Shown: piece by piece, positions 44,266 to 53,765 of the stretch
Position numbering within the stretch: the first letter of the stretch is position 1
Layout of the letters: each line of letters starts with the position of its first letter
DNA from: Anaerolineaceae bacterium
GTDB taxonomy: Bacteria > Chloroflexota > Anaerolineae > Anaerolineales > Anaerolineaceae
DNA length: 64,000 nt
NCBI GenBank assembly: GCA_036746315.1
Contig: DAIOEK010000007.1
Coordinates: 19,759-83,758, forward strand
Reading direction: 5' to 3'
Translations under genes and position numbers: made by a program
The notes under the pieces: model-generated
Databases searched by the model: none
Seen by the model: only the letters and a program-made list of their open reading frames with translations
What the model was told of the DNA's origin: nothing

Positions 44266-44757
44266 TTGTCTACCTGTTTTTTAAGCGGCAGAACTCAACC
44301 GCATGATTTTTTTCACGCGTTATCAGGTTATCTGATGTAAGAGTCTGCCGCGGGTGGGCTTTTCAAAAGCTATATCAGAATAACCTTTTTTATTTTTATT
44401 TTCAATACCCGTACGAGTTAAAAAGTGATTAGAACCGTAACGATTTTTCCAATTGCGGGTTTTCTTTTGAAGCTCAATAATCCTTTACAAAACGAATTGC
44501 CATCGCTGTGATACCACAATCCTGGCAATCAAAATTCAATATGGAGCGCAAAAACGTCGACCAATTTCCGACTTGTAAATTTATACAGTTCCTTTTTCAA
44601 GATTTCAAGTCCCAATTTGGGTTCTAATGTGATACTAATGAAGAAATCAGGAAATAGCTCATTTCTTTGTCATATATGGGTTTTTGCCTTCAGATCAATT
44701 AATCGGATTTTCATTTTTGACTTATAATTTAGGACAAATTTCGGATGAGGAGAATGT

Positions 44758-47076
44758 ATGAACATCTTTGATTTAAGTCGTCATGGTTTGAATTCATTTG
44801 AGTCAATAGCAATTTACGCTGTCCTGGTTGTGGCTTTCATCAGCCTGATCTACGCGTGGCTGCTAAAGAACATCGTACTCAAGAAAGACATGGGTACGGA
44901 AAAGATGCAGGAAGTCTGGAACGCCATCCGGGTTGGCGCAGACAGCTACCTGAACCGTCAGCTCAAGACAATTCTGCCCGCCATCGTGCTGCTGGCAGTT
45001 GCCCTGTTCTTGAGCGTGTATATCGTTCCGCCTTCCCTGGAGGCGACGGAAGAATTCCCGCAGAATACGCAGATCATCATCGCAGTCGGACGCACCATTG
45101 CTTTCATCCTGGGTGCTTCCTTCTCCCTGGTAGTTGGTCAGCTGGGCATGCGCATGGCGATCCAGGCGAATGTCCGTTCAGCATCAGCTGCCCGCCGCGG
45201 ATTTAATGAATCCCTCTCCATTGCTTATTATGCCGGTACCGTGACCGGTATGCTTACCGATGGTCTCGGCTTGCTCGGCGGTACGTTGATCTTCATTATT
45301 TTCGGTAAAGCCGCCCCGGATGCCCTGTTGGGCTTTGGCTTCGGTGGCACGCTGCTGGCGCTGTTCATGCGTGTGGGCGGCGGTATATACACCAAGGCTG
45401 CCGATGTCGGCGCCGACCTGGTAGGTAAAGTCGAAAAAGATATTCCTGAAGATGATCCGCGCAACGCGGCTGTGGTAGCTGACCTGGTGGGTGACAACGT
45501 GGGTGACTGCGCCGGTATGGCGGCCGACATCTTCGAGAGCTACGAAGTCACCATCGTTTCCGCTTTGATCCTGGGTCTGTCTTTGCTGGCTGCGGATCCG
45601 ACCCATAGTTTGAAATGGATTGTTTATCCGCTCATCATCCGTGGTATCGGCGTGATCAGCTCCATTCTGGGCACCTTCACCGTGCCCATTTGGGAGAAAA
45701 TCCCGGTCAAATTCCTGCGCGCGCATGATGCCGAGGAATCCATGTTCCGGTCTTATGAAGTATCCTCCGTCAACACGGTATTGTGGGCTTTCGTTGTCGC
45801 CATCTGGTATGCCCATGACTGGCGCCTGGGCATGCTGACCACGATCGGTGTCGGTCTGGCAGTTGCCTTCAACCCGTTGACCTCCTACTTCACTTCCACT
45901 CGCAAGACCCCGGTGAAAGAGATTGTCAAATCTTCAGATACCGGCTCCGCCACCCTGATCCTTTCCGGTCTTTCGGTTGGTATGGAATCCTCGGTGTGGG
46001 CATTGGTGGTGATCGCTATCAGCTTCATCCTCAGCCTGGCGCTCTACCAGGGCGACGGCTCCATGTATGTTCTGTATGCCGTGGCCATGGTCGGTATCGG
46101 TATGCTCAGCCACACCGGTAACAACGTGGCAATGGACTCTTACGGTCCCATCTCCGATAACGCGAATGGTATCGGCGAAATGTCCTGGCATGGCATGGAA
46201 GATGAGAGCACCCTCAAGGCTCGCCAGATCATGGCTGACCTGGATGCAGTTGGCAACACCACCAAAGCCATCACCAAGGGCGTGGCGATTGCCTCCGCCG
46301 TGATTGCAGCAGTCTCCCTGTTTGCCTCCTTCATCACCGATGTCAGCCGCGTTCAGGTCCAGATGCAGCTTGCCAATGTGATGGATGCCATCCGTATCTC
46401 GGATACCAAGGTGTTCGTCGGCTTCCTGCTTGGCGGCGCACTGCCCTGGCTGTTCAGCTCCCTTTCCATCAAAGCAGTCTCCCGCGCTGCGGCTGAGATC
46501 GTGCTTGAGGTCCGCAATCAGTTCAAGATCAAAGGCATCATGGAAGGCACTGTCAAGCCGGATTATGCCCGTGTAGTGAGCATTTCCACCTCTTCGGCCC
46601 AGAAGGAACTCATTCCTTTGGCCGCGATCTCCGTCGCTCTGCCGCTGCTGGTGGGTCTGGTACTACAGGTCGAAGCCCTGGGCGGTTTCCTGGCTGGCGT
46701 GATCCTCTCCGGTCAGTTACTCGCAGTGTTCATGTCCAATGCCGGCGGCGCCTGGGATAATGCCAAGAAAGCCATCGAAGATGAACCCCGCGATCTGGCT
46801 GCCAATACCGGTAAAGGTTCCGAACGTCACAAAGCCGGTGTGGTGGGCGATACGGTAGGTGATCCGCTCAAGGATACTGCCGGTCCGGCGCTGAACCCGA
46901 TGATCAAAGTGGTGAACATGGTCTCATTGCTGGCTGCCCCCGTGATCGTGAAATATCCGCTCTCCGGAACGAACGGTATGAACTTTGGCGTCCTGGTTGC
47001 CGCAGTCATCCTGGCTGGTCTGGTTGTCTGGGGCATTACCCAGAGCAAGAAAAAAGCACCTGAAATGCAGGCATAA
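44758..47076 (+). CDS. hppA: Membrane-bound ion-translocating pyrophosphatase (K+-independent-type signature)
   Basis: 772 aa with GGGIYTKAADVGADLVGKVE, DNVGDCAGMAADIFESY, and the GNTTKAITKG motif. Confidence 0.93.
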   Translation: MNIFDLSRHGLNSFESIAIYAVLVVAFISLIYAWLLKNIVLKKDMGTEKMQEVWNAIRVGADSYLNRQLKTILPAIVLLAVALFLSVYIVPPSLEATEEFPQNTQIIIAVGRTIAFILGASFSLVVGQLGMRMAIQANVRSASAARRGFNESLSIAYYAGTVTGMLTDGLGLLGGTLIFIIFGKAAPDALLGFGFGGTLLALFMRVGGGIYTKAADVGADLVGKVEKDIPEDDPRNAAVVADLVGDNVGDCAGMAADIFESYEVTIVSALILGLSLLAADPTHSLKWIVYPLIIRGIGVISSILGTFTVPIWEKIPVKFLRAHDAEESMFRSYEVSSVNTVLWAFVVAIWYAHDWRLGMLTTIGVGLAVAFNPLTSYFTSTRKTPVKEIVKSSDTGSATLILSGLSVGMESSVWALVVIAISFILSLALYQGDGSMYVLYAVAMVGIGMLSHTGNNVAMDSYGPISDNANGIGEMSWHGMEDESTLKARQIMADLDAVGNTTKAITKGVAIASAVIAAVSLFASFITDVSRVQVQMQLANVMDAIRISDTKVFVGFLLGGALPWLFSSLSIKAVSRAAAEIVLEVRNQFKIKGIMEGTVKPDYARVVSISTSSAQKELIPLAAISVALPLLVGLVLQVEALGGFLAGVILSGQLLAVFMSNAGGAWDNAKKAIEDEPRDLAANTGKGSERHKAGVVGDTVGDPLKDTAGPALNPMIKVVNMVSLLAAPVIVKYPLSGTNGMNFGVLVAAVILAGLVVWGITQSKKKAPEMQA

Positions 47077-47096
47077 TCTGCCGGTTGTGAATTAAT

Positions 47097-47130
47097 AAAA
47101 CAAGGCTGACGTTGTCGTCAGCCTTGTTTT
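47097..47130. terminator. Bidirectional terminator hairpin after hppA (overlaps the 3' end of the convergent gene)
   Basis: aaaacaaggctgacg-ttgt-cgtcagccttgtttt, followed by a T-run. Confidence 0.75.
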
Positions 47131-48407
47131 TTGTCTCTTGCAGTCAGGTTGCCAATGGTGAACATCACCAGCAACAACAACTGGGGCACCAGCGGAAGAT
47201 AATATCTTTGAAAGCCGATGTTCAGAAAAGCTCCGAAAAAGATGACATGAAGGGTAAGGATGAATGCCATTACAACTTGCGGTGAATACCAGGAAAGCTG
47301 TTTTTTTGCCAGTTGAACGGCGGCGATCACCAGCGAGGCAAGCACGGCTGTAAACAGGATTCCCCCCCACACCCAGCCAGAAAATAGATGGTGGAAAAGG
47401 CTGTGCTGGTAGTGGGCAATGGAAAAAGATAACTCTTGCGCATAGTTGCCTACATCGTAGAATGCCGGTGGAGCGATGAACACCTGGGCCAGGATGCCAG
47501 CCAGCCGCGCGGGAACGCCGGGCAGCGCCAATCCGCTGCCTGCCTCCAGCAGCGTGGAAAACTGCGAACGGCTGAAGAGCAGCCGTTCGTGCAGCATCAT
47601 GCCGCCCACCTGCAGCGGATTTTTCCAGGCGACGGGGTTGAGAATGCAGGCAAAGAGGATGATGGCGAGGGCAGGAAGGAGGATGGATGCAGCCAGCCCC
47701 TTCCAGCGGGCGTCCTTCCATCCGCGAGCCGCGTAAATTATCATCACCGCAGCGATCAGCGGAAGACCGGTCTGCTTGGTTTGAAAAACCAGACCCAGCA
47801 GGCAGGCGACCAGCATCAGGTTCTTGAACGAGTAAGGTCTAAAGATAGCCCACAGGATGAACAGATAGAGCGCAAGTAGCAGGGGCTCCGCCATCGCCCG
47901 GCGGGTGTGCAGCAGCAAACCGGCTTGCAGGGCAAGTATCGCTGCCCCGGCAAGGCTGACCGGCAGCGAGGCGAATCTGCGCAGGGTGCGGAAGAAGGCG
48001 TACAGGGCGGGGATCATCCAGATCGACACCGCCAGCCTGGCGATCAGCAACTGGTCCGCCGAAGGCAGCGCTCCGGCGAGGTTGTTCTCCTCCCAGCCGG
48101 CGGACCAATCCCAATCAGAAGCCAGTGGCGTCTGACCGGTCAGCAGGTATCCGAAACCGATCATAGTCCTTGCCAGGGGTGCATCGATCAGCCGGTAATG
48201 TTGCCGAAGTTCGTCGTCGGGATGGGTTGAATAGGCGAGTTCAGCAGGGCGCTGCAATGTGGTTTTCACATCTCCGCTCATCCAGATCTGGGTGGCTTCA
48301 TCCGGGTGAAAGGGGATGCCTGGGATGCCGCAAAAGAAAAAAACGGCATAAGCGATCATCCCGATCAGCAGCAAAGCCGGGCGAAGGAATTTTTGCGAAG
48401 GCATCAT
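47118..48407 (-). CDS. Polytopic membrane protein, GT-C-fold glycosyltransferase-like (GT39/ArnT-like)
   Basis: 429 aa with multiple hydrophobic segments. The acidic motif FHPDEATQ lies directly after the first TM. Confidence 0.55.
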   Translation of the reverse strand: MMPSQKFLRPALLLIGMIAYAVFFFCGIPGIPFHPDEATQIWMSGDVKTTLQRPAELAYSTHPDDELRQHYRLIDAPLARTMIGFGYLLTGQTPLASDWDWSAGWEENNLAGALPSADQLLIARLAVSIWMIPALYAFFRTLRRFASLPVSLAGAAILALQAGLLLHTRRAMAEPLLLALYLFILWAIFRPYSFKNLMLVACLLGLVFQTKQTGLPLIAAVMIIYAARGWKDARWKGLAASILLPALAIILFACILNPVAWKNPLQVGGMMLHERLLFSRSQFSTLLEAGSGLALPGVPARLAGILAQVFIAPPAFYDVGNYAQELSFSIAHYQHSLFHHLFSGWVWGGILFTAVLASLVIAAVQLAKKQLSWYSPQVVMAFILTLHVIFFGAFLNIGFQRYYLPLVPQLLLLVMFTIGNLTARDKKQG

Positions 48408-48504
48408 TTTAAAATTGTAATGCGGATTGGTGGATTACGCATCTTTCACTTCACAAGTATCCCCCGTATGGGATTTGTCAGTGAAATAATTGCAGTTAGA
48501 ATTA

Positions 48505-50115
48505 ATGGTGCTGATGAGAATGCGAATTGTTGTTTCCGGCAATAAGCTTCCCCTGGTGGTCATCCTGCTGCATGCGGCGGGGATCCTGTTGCGTTGGTAT
48601 TGGATCCTGCTCGGCAGGTTCCCCTTCAACAGTGACGAAGCGGTAGTGGGGCTGATGGCAAACCATGTTTTGCATGGTGAAATTCCCACCTTCTTTTACG
48701 GACAGTCATACATGGGCAGCCTGGATGCCATCTGGGTATCCCTGTTCTTCAGGCTGTTCGGTGCCACTGTCATCAGCCTGCGGGCAGCCCAGACCGTATT
48801 GTGGATTGCCCTGTTGTTCTCTGTGTTCTTTCTTGCCCGGGAAGTATTTAATTCCGCCAGAGCCGGCTGGATAGCCCTGGCATTTCTCGCTTTTCCGCCG
48901 GTGAACTTGCTGTTGTATTCCACGGTGACGCTGGGCGGGTACTTGGAGGCGTTGATCATCGGCGTGTGGACCGTCATCCTGGCGCATCAAATCCGGCGCG
49001 GTCACCACGCTCCAATGCTGCAATTCTTCCTGCTGGGCTTGTGGACGGGCTTCGGGTTGTGGGTATTCGGATTTTCGCTGCTATTCAGCCTGCCAGCCTG
49101 TTTGTTCGCTCTCTGGTGGGGCGTGGTCAGGACGGCGGATTGCCGCCAACGCCTGCCGCGCACGGCTGTTTTTGCCGCAGGCTTGTTGATCGGCGCCGTA
49201 CCGTGGTGGCTGTTCGCCCTGCAATACGGCTTCCACACCCTGCTGCTGGAACTGGGGGGCAGTGCGATTGCCGTGGAACAGGGCGGCTGGCTGTCCGGAA
49301 CGCTTACCCACCTGTTCAGCTTCTTCTTTTTGGGCCTTCCGGCGGCGCTGGGTTTCCGCCCGCCCTGGTCGGCTGATTGGCTGGTATTGCCCTTGATCCC
49401 GTTTGTGCTGATCGCCTGGGTCTGGATGCTGTGGCGGGACAGGAACCATCCTGGCCGGGCAGGCAGGGTGTTGCTTTATGCGCCGCTGGGACTGTTGCTG
49501 CTGGTGTTTGTTTTTACCCCCTTTGGTGTGGATCCTTCCGGCAGGTACTTTCTGCCGTTCTGCATCCTGCTGCCCGTTTTGGCTGGCGGTGTATTCATCC
49601 ATCTCGCGGGCAGAAAACGCAATCTCTTCCTGGCGGGGATGGCACTGATCCTGATCTTTCAGGCTGCCGGTATCTTCCAGGCGGAAAAACTCTCGGCGGA
49701 TGGATTTACTACGCAGTTTGCCCCGCACACCGGGATCGACCAGGCACGGATGGGCGAGGTGCAGCAATTTTTGCTGGCGCATGGCGAGACAAGGGGTTAT
49801 ACCACCTACTGGGTATCCTATCCGCTGGCATTTCTTTCCGACGAAGCGTTGATTTTTACCCCGCGTCTGCCCTACCATCAGGATTTCCGCTACACTTCAC
49901 GCGATGATCGCTATCAGCCTTACCAGCGCGCGCTGGCTGATGCCGAAACCACGGCGCTGGTCACGTATCAATTTCCGGCGCTGGATGCACGTATCCGCGA
50001 GTTACTGCGTGGGAAACAGATCACCTGGCAGGAAGAATCCATCGCTGATTATCGGATCTTTTATGATCTCAGCGCAAGAATCGAAACAGAAGACCTCAAC
50101 TTTCCGGTAGAATAA
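48505..50115 (+). CDS. GT-C-fold glycosyltransferase (GT39/83 PMT_2-like); start uncertain (the track ORF begins at 48490 with TTG)
   Basis: FNSDEAVVGLMANHVLHGEIPTFFYGQSYMGSLDA is typical of ArnT/PMT_2-like proteins. The protein is polytopic. Confidence 0.65.
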   Translation: MVLMRMRIVVSGNKLPLVVILLHAAGILLRWYWILLGRFPFNSDEAVVGLMANHVLHGEIPTFFYGQSYMGSLDAIWVSLFFRLFGATVISLRAAQTVLWIALLFSVFFLAREVFNSARAGWIALAFLAFPPVNLLLYSTVTLGGYLEALIIGVWTVILAHQIRRGHHAPMLQFFLLGLWTGFGLWVFGFSLLFSLPACLFALWWGVVRTADCRQRLPRTAVFAAGLLIGAVPWWLFALQYGFHTLLLELGGSAIAVEQGGWLSGTLTHLFSFFFLGLPAALGFRPPWSADWLVLPLIPFVLIAWVWMLWRDRNHPGRAGRVLLYAPLGLLLLVFVFTPFGVDPSGRYFLPFCILLPVLAGGVFIHLAGRKRNLFLAGMALILIFQAAGIFQAEKLSADGFTTQFAPHTGIDQARMGEVQQFLLAHGETRGYTTYWVSYPLAFLSDEALIFTPRLPYHQDFRYTSRDDRYQPYQRALADAETTALVTYQFPALDARIRELLRGKQITWQEESIADYRIFYDLSARIETEDLNFPVE

Positions 50116-50119
50116 AATC

Positions 50120-51634
50120 ATGACCACCCAACGCTCCAGCGCAGATAAATACTTTGCCTACTTCCTGCCGACCGTGATCTTTCTTAGCGTTTTTGCCGGT
50201 TGTATTGCCATGGGCCCCTACCTGTTCAATTCGGATGGCGACCTGGGCAGGCACATCACCCTGGGGCGGATCATCCTGGAACGGGGCAGCATTCCCACGC
50301 TGGATGAGCTTTCGCATACCCGCCTGGGCGATCCTTTCTCCCCGCACGAGTGGATCGCCGAGGTGATTTTTGCGCTGGCATATACCTGGTTCGGTCTCTC
50401 GGGAGTGGTGTTGGTGACCGGTGCCGTTCTGGGGCTGGTTTTCTGGCTGCTCACCTACCGTGTGCTGAAAATATCCGCGTCCACCCCCATCACCTTGATC
50501 CTGATCGTAATCGGGCTGGCAGCCTCCCGCATCCACTGGCTGGCGCGTCCGCACATCTTTACCTATATTTTTCTATTGTTGATGGTGGAATTGGTGCAGA
50601 GCCGGATGCGCTTCCGTTGGAAGCTGCTCTGCTATGCCATTTTGCAATTGCTGTGGGTCAATACCCACGGGGCATTTGTCAGCGGGCTGGCGGTGCTGGG
50701 GATGTTCCTCGTTGGCGATGCGGTCGATGCCCTGCGGCAAAAACAAAATCCGCTGCAGGCGCCTCCGGTGCGGGAAAACCTTGCCCTATTTTTCCTTGGT
50801 CTGGCGCTCAGCCTGATCAACCCGGATGGCATCCAGATCTGGGCAACCATCTACGGTTTTTTGAGCAGCCGCTACCTGGTCAGCCATACTGCCGAATATC
50901 AGCCGCCGAACTTGCTGCAAACCGGTGTGCTACCCTTCACCATCATGCTGGCATTGGGGCTGGTCTGCGCGGTGATTGCCTTTCGCCGGCTTGCCCTGCG
51001 CAAGATTTTGTTGCTGATCTTTTTCGGGATTTTCGGCATCACCAGCGGCAGGAACATTCCCCTCTATATCCTGCTTGCCCTGCCGATTCTGGCAGAAGGG
51101 TTTGCCCCGCTGCTTCCCCGTTTTCGTATGCAGTTGGACGCACAGTTGGGTGGACTGGATCAACCGGCGCAAAGTTCTCCGCTGAACCTGGCGGTTTTTC
51201 TAAGTGTTTTGTTTGTGCTCTCGTTTGGATTTGGCGGTCTGATCTACCGGCTGCAGCCGGGGTTGAGCAGCCGCAACGAGCTTTCGCCGCAGAAATTCCC
51301 GGTGGAAGCGGTAACCTGGCTGGAGACGCATCCGCAGCAGGGCAATGTGTTCAACGATTTCATGTGGGGCGGGTACCTGCTTTTCAGGTCCTATCCCGAC
51401 ATCAAGGTCTTCATAGACGGGCAGACCGATTTCTATGGAGAGGCGTTGACCCGCGACTATGAGTCCATTATCAACGCCTGGGATGGCTGGCAGACGAAGC
51501 TGGCTTCCTACCGGGTGGATTGGGTGCTGGTGCGCACAGATTCACCGCTCTGGCGTGCGATCCTCGCCGACCCGCTCGCCTGGCAGCCGGTTTACAGCGA
51601 TGATACAGCCGGCATCGCCCGGCGGATCGATTAA
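50120..51634 (+). CDS. Polytopic membrane protein, GT-C-like
   Basis: 504 aa and multi-TM. FNSDGDLGRH lies after TM1. It starts 5 nt after the previous gene. Confidence 0.5.
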   Translation: MTTQRSSADKYFAYFLPTVIFLSVFAGCIAMGPYLFNSDGDLGRHITLGRIILERGSIPTLDELSHTRLGDPFSPHEWIAEVIFALAYTWFGLSGVVLVTGAVLGLVFWLLTYRVLKISASTPITLILIVIGLAASRIHWLARPHIFTYIFLLLMVELVQSRMRFRWKLLCYAILQLLWVNTHGAFVSGLAVLGMFLVGDAVDALRQKQNPLQAPPVRENLALFFLGLALSLINPDGIQIWATIYGFLSSRYLVSHTAEYQPPNLLQTGVLPFTIMLALGLVCAVIAFRRLALRKILLLIFFGIFGITSGRNIPLYILLALPILAEGFAPLLPRFRMQLDAQLGGLDQPAQSSPLNLAVFLSVLFVLSFGFGGLIYRLQPGLSSRNELSPQKFPVEAVTWLETHPQQGNVFNDFMWGGYLLFRSYPDIKVFIDGQTDFYGEALTRDYESIINAWDGWQTKLASYRVDWVLVRTDSPLWRAILADPLAWQPVYSDDTAGIARRID

Positions 51635-52398
51635 TCCGCCTCCATATCCTTCAGAAAGGGTTTCTCCCGGCGGATCGACCGCACCGTTTCCATATTCACA
51701 TCCAGGGTATATACCCCCTCTTTTTCTGTTGCCTGAAAAATCACATCCCCCCACGGGGAGATGACGACGCTGTTCCCGCCAAACAGGGTCTTATAGATCA
51801 TGCCGGTACAGTTGCAGCCCACCACCCAGGCGAGATTCTCGATGGCCCGGGCTTTCAGCAGGGTCAACCAGTGGTCGAGCCTTACCTGCGGCCATTCCGC
51901 GGGGATGATAAACATCTCAGCGCCCTGGGCGGTCATCTTGCGGAATTGCTCGGGGAAGCGCAGATCGTAGCAGACTGCGAATCCGAGCTTTGCCGGGGAC
52001 GTGGAAGCCACACACAGTTCGCTGCCGGGTGAGAAGAAAAGGTGCTCCTTCATCGGCTGGAACAGGTGCTTTTTGCGGTATGCTGCCAGCAGAGTGCCGT
52101 CATTGTGGATGTAAGCCATGGTATTGTAGCGGGCATCCGCCACGCTTTCGACGTAGGTGCCGATGATCCCCACCTTGTACTGCACAGCAATCCCCGCCAG
52201 CGTATCTTTCAACTGCGGCAGGTGGAATTGCCCGCCTGCCAGAATGGAGCTCTTGTGATAGCCATGCAGGCACAGTTCGGGCAAAATGAGCAGCTGCGAC
52301 TGTTCACGGGCAGCCGTTTCTGCATACCTGCGGATGCGTTCCAGATTTTGGCCGGGATCGCCGAAGGCAATGGCATATTGGGCAAGCGATATTCTCAC
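51631..52398 (-). CDS. Carbon-nitrogen hydrolase (nitrilase-superfamily amidohydrolase)
   Basis: GTG start with a GAGGAGAG RBS (V/MRISLAQYAI...). Catalytic triad context: LILPELCLHGY (Glu), the Lys region, and AVCYDLRFPE (Cys). Confidence 0.85.
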   Translation of the reverse strand: MRISLAQYAIAFGDPGQNLERIRRYAETAAREQSQLLILPELCLHGYHKSSILAGGQFHLPQLKDTLAGIAVQYKVGIIGTYVESVADARYNTMAYIHNDGTLLAAYRKKHLFQPMKEHLFFSPGSELCVASTSPAKLGFAVCYDLRFPEQFRKMTAQGAEMFIIPAEWPQVRLDHWLTLLKARAIENLAWVVGCNCTGMIYKTLFGGNSVVISPWGDVIFQATEKEGVYTLDVNMETVRSIRREKPFLKDMEAD

Positions 52399-52480
52399 GG
52401 TAACTCTCCTCACAAGCGTGTTAATTGACCCTGTATTTAATTGCGTGTACAATACCTGAAACTAACTTTTCCATTATCCC

Positions 52481-53725
52481 ATGATCAATCCATCCAAATC
52501 AAGAATTCAGATACTTCAGCTTATCTTTGTCGTTTTGACCGCCATCATCATCCCGGTGGGGTTGACCTATTTCAATTATCAATTCTCGGTGCAGAATCCC
52601 GGTGGGAACGATTTTCTAGCCCGCTGGAACGGTGCGCATGAATGGCTGGTCAATGGCAACAACCCCTATACGGATGAAGTCAGCCTGGTAGCGCAGAAAT
52701 ACATCTACGGCAGGGCGGCTGATCCAAAGGCGGGCGAGGATATTGCTCATTTTGTCTACCCGTTATATTCAATGATTTTCTTTGCGCCGTTCGGGTTGAT
52801 GGACTATACCTTTGCGCGGGCGCTATTTATGACCGTGCTGGAAATTTGTTTGGTGCTGATCGCGCTGGTATCTTTTAAGATTACCGGTTGGAAGGTCAAA
52901 AAGCTAGGATTGGTCGGCGTATTGCTCTTCAGTGTGTTCTGGTATTGCGCCGTCCGTGGGGTGATCCTGGGTCAGTATGCGGTAATCAACGCGCTGTTGA
53001 TGCTGCTGGGCATCTGGGCGGTGAAGGAAAAGCAGGATATCGCCGCAGGGATTGTCCTGATCCTTTCCACTTCCAAACCGCAAATGAGTTATCTGCTGGT
53101 GATCTACATCTTTCTTTGGGCGATATTTTCCCGGCGCATCAAACTTATCGTCAGCATGGTCGTCACCACGCTGGTATTGTTCGGCGTAACCAGCATTTTG
53201 CTGCCGACCTGGGTCATGGACTGGCTGCGTCAACTGGTCAATTATCCCAGCTACACCGACCGGATCGGCTCGACGCTTTCCATTCTTGCCGGGTTGGCAC
53301 CGGGGATTATGAAGCCGGTCAATATCTTTCTGCACGGCGCATTTTACCTGTACCTGGTGGTGGAGTGGTTCCGCAGCCGGGGCAAAGGGGAAAATGGCTT
53401 CCTCTGGACGGCTTTCCTGACACTGGTGATCACCAATCTGGTTGCTTATCGCACCGCCACCCCGCATTACGTGGCGCTCATCGCGCCCCTGTTTTTGGTC
53501 AGTCGTGTACTGGATGAAAGGTGGGGCTCCGCCGGCAGCTGGGTATCGCGGATCATGTATCTGGTGTTGTTCGTCGGGTTGTGGGGGTTGTTTGTGGCAA
53601 CCGTAGAGGGCGTGGATGAACAGGCGGTTATGTATCCGCCGGTTCCGCTTCTGCTGTTGTTCTTCCTGTGGTGGATGCGCTTTTGGATGATGCGTCCGCT
53701 CAAAACGTTCTTCGATTCACCCTGA
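52481..53725 (+). CDS. GT87/DUF2029-like polytopic glycosyltransferase
   Basis: NPGGNDFLARWNGAHEWLVNGNNPY after TM1 resembles DUF2029 mannosyltransferase-like proteins. Multi-TM. Confidence 0.55.
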   Translation: MINPSKSRIQILQLIFVVLTAIIIPVGLTYFNYQFSVQNPGGNDFLARWNGAHEWLVNGNNPYTDEVSLVAQKYIYGRAADPKAGEDIAHFVYPLYSMIFFAPFGLMDYTFARALFMTVLEICLVLIALVSFKITGWKVKKLGLVGVLLFSVFWYCAVRGVILGQYAVINALLMLLGIWAVKEKQDIAAGIVLILSTSKPQMSYLLVIYIFLWAIFSRRIKLIVSMVVTTLVLFGVTSILLPTWVMDWLRQLVNYPSYTDRIGSTLSILAGLAPGIMKPVNIFLHGAFYLYLVVEWFRSRGKGENGFLWTAFLTLVITNLVAYRTATPHYVALIAPLFLVSRVLDERWGSAGSWVSRIMYLVLFVGLWGLFVATVEGVDEQAVMYPPVPLLLLFFLWWMRFWMMRPLKTFFDSP

Positions 53726-53765
53726 GCAACACCCATCCCCGGGAAACATTCACGGACAAGGCATC

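Noticed and set aside
44717-44728. TTGACT immediately followed by TATAAT, upstream of hppA in the 490-bp AT-rich rpoD-hppA intergenic region.
   Set aside because: There is no spacer between the hexamers. A real promoter probably exists in this long divergent region, but its position cannot be fixed from the sequence alone.
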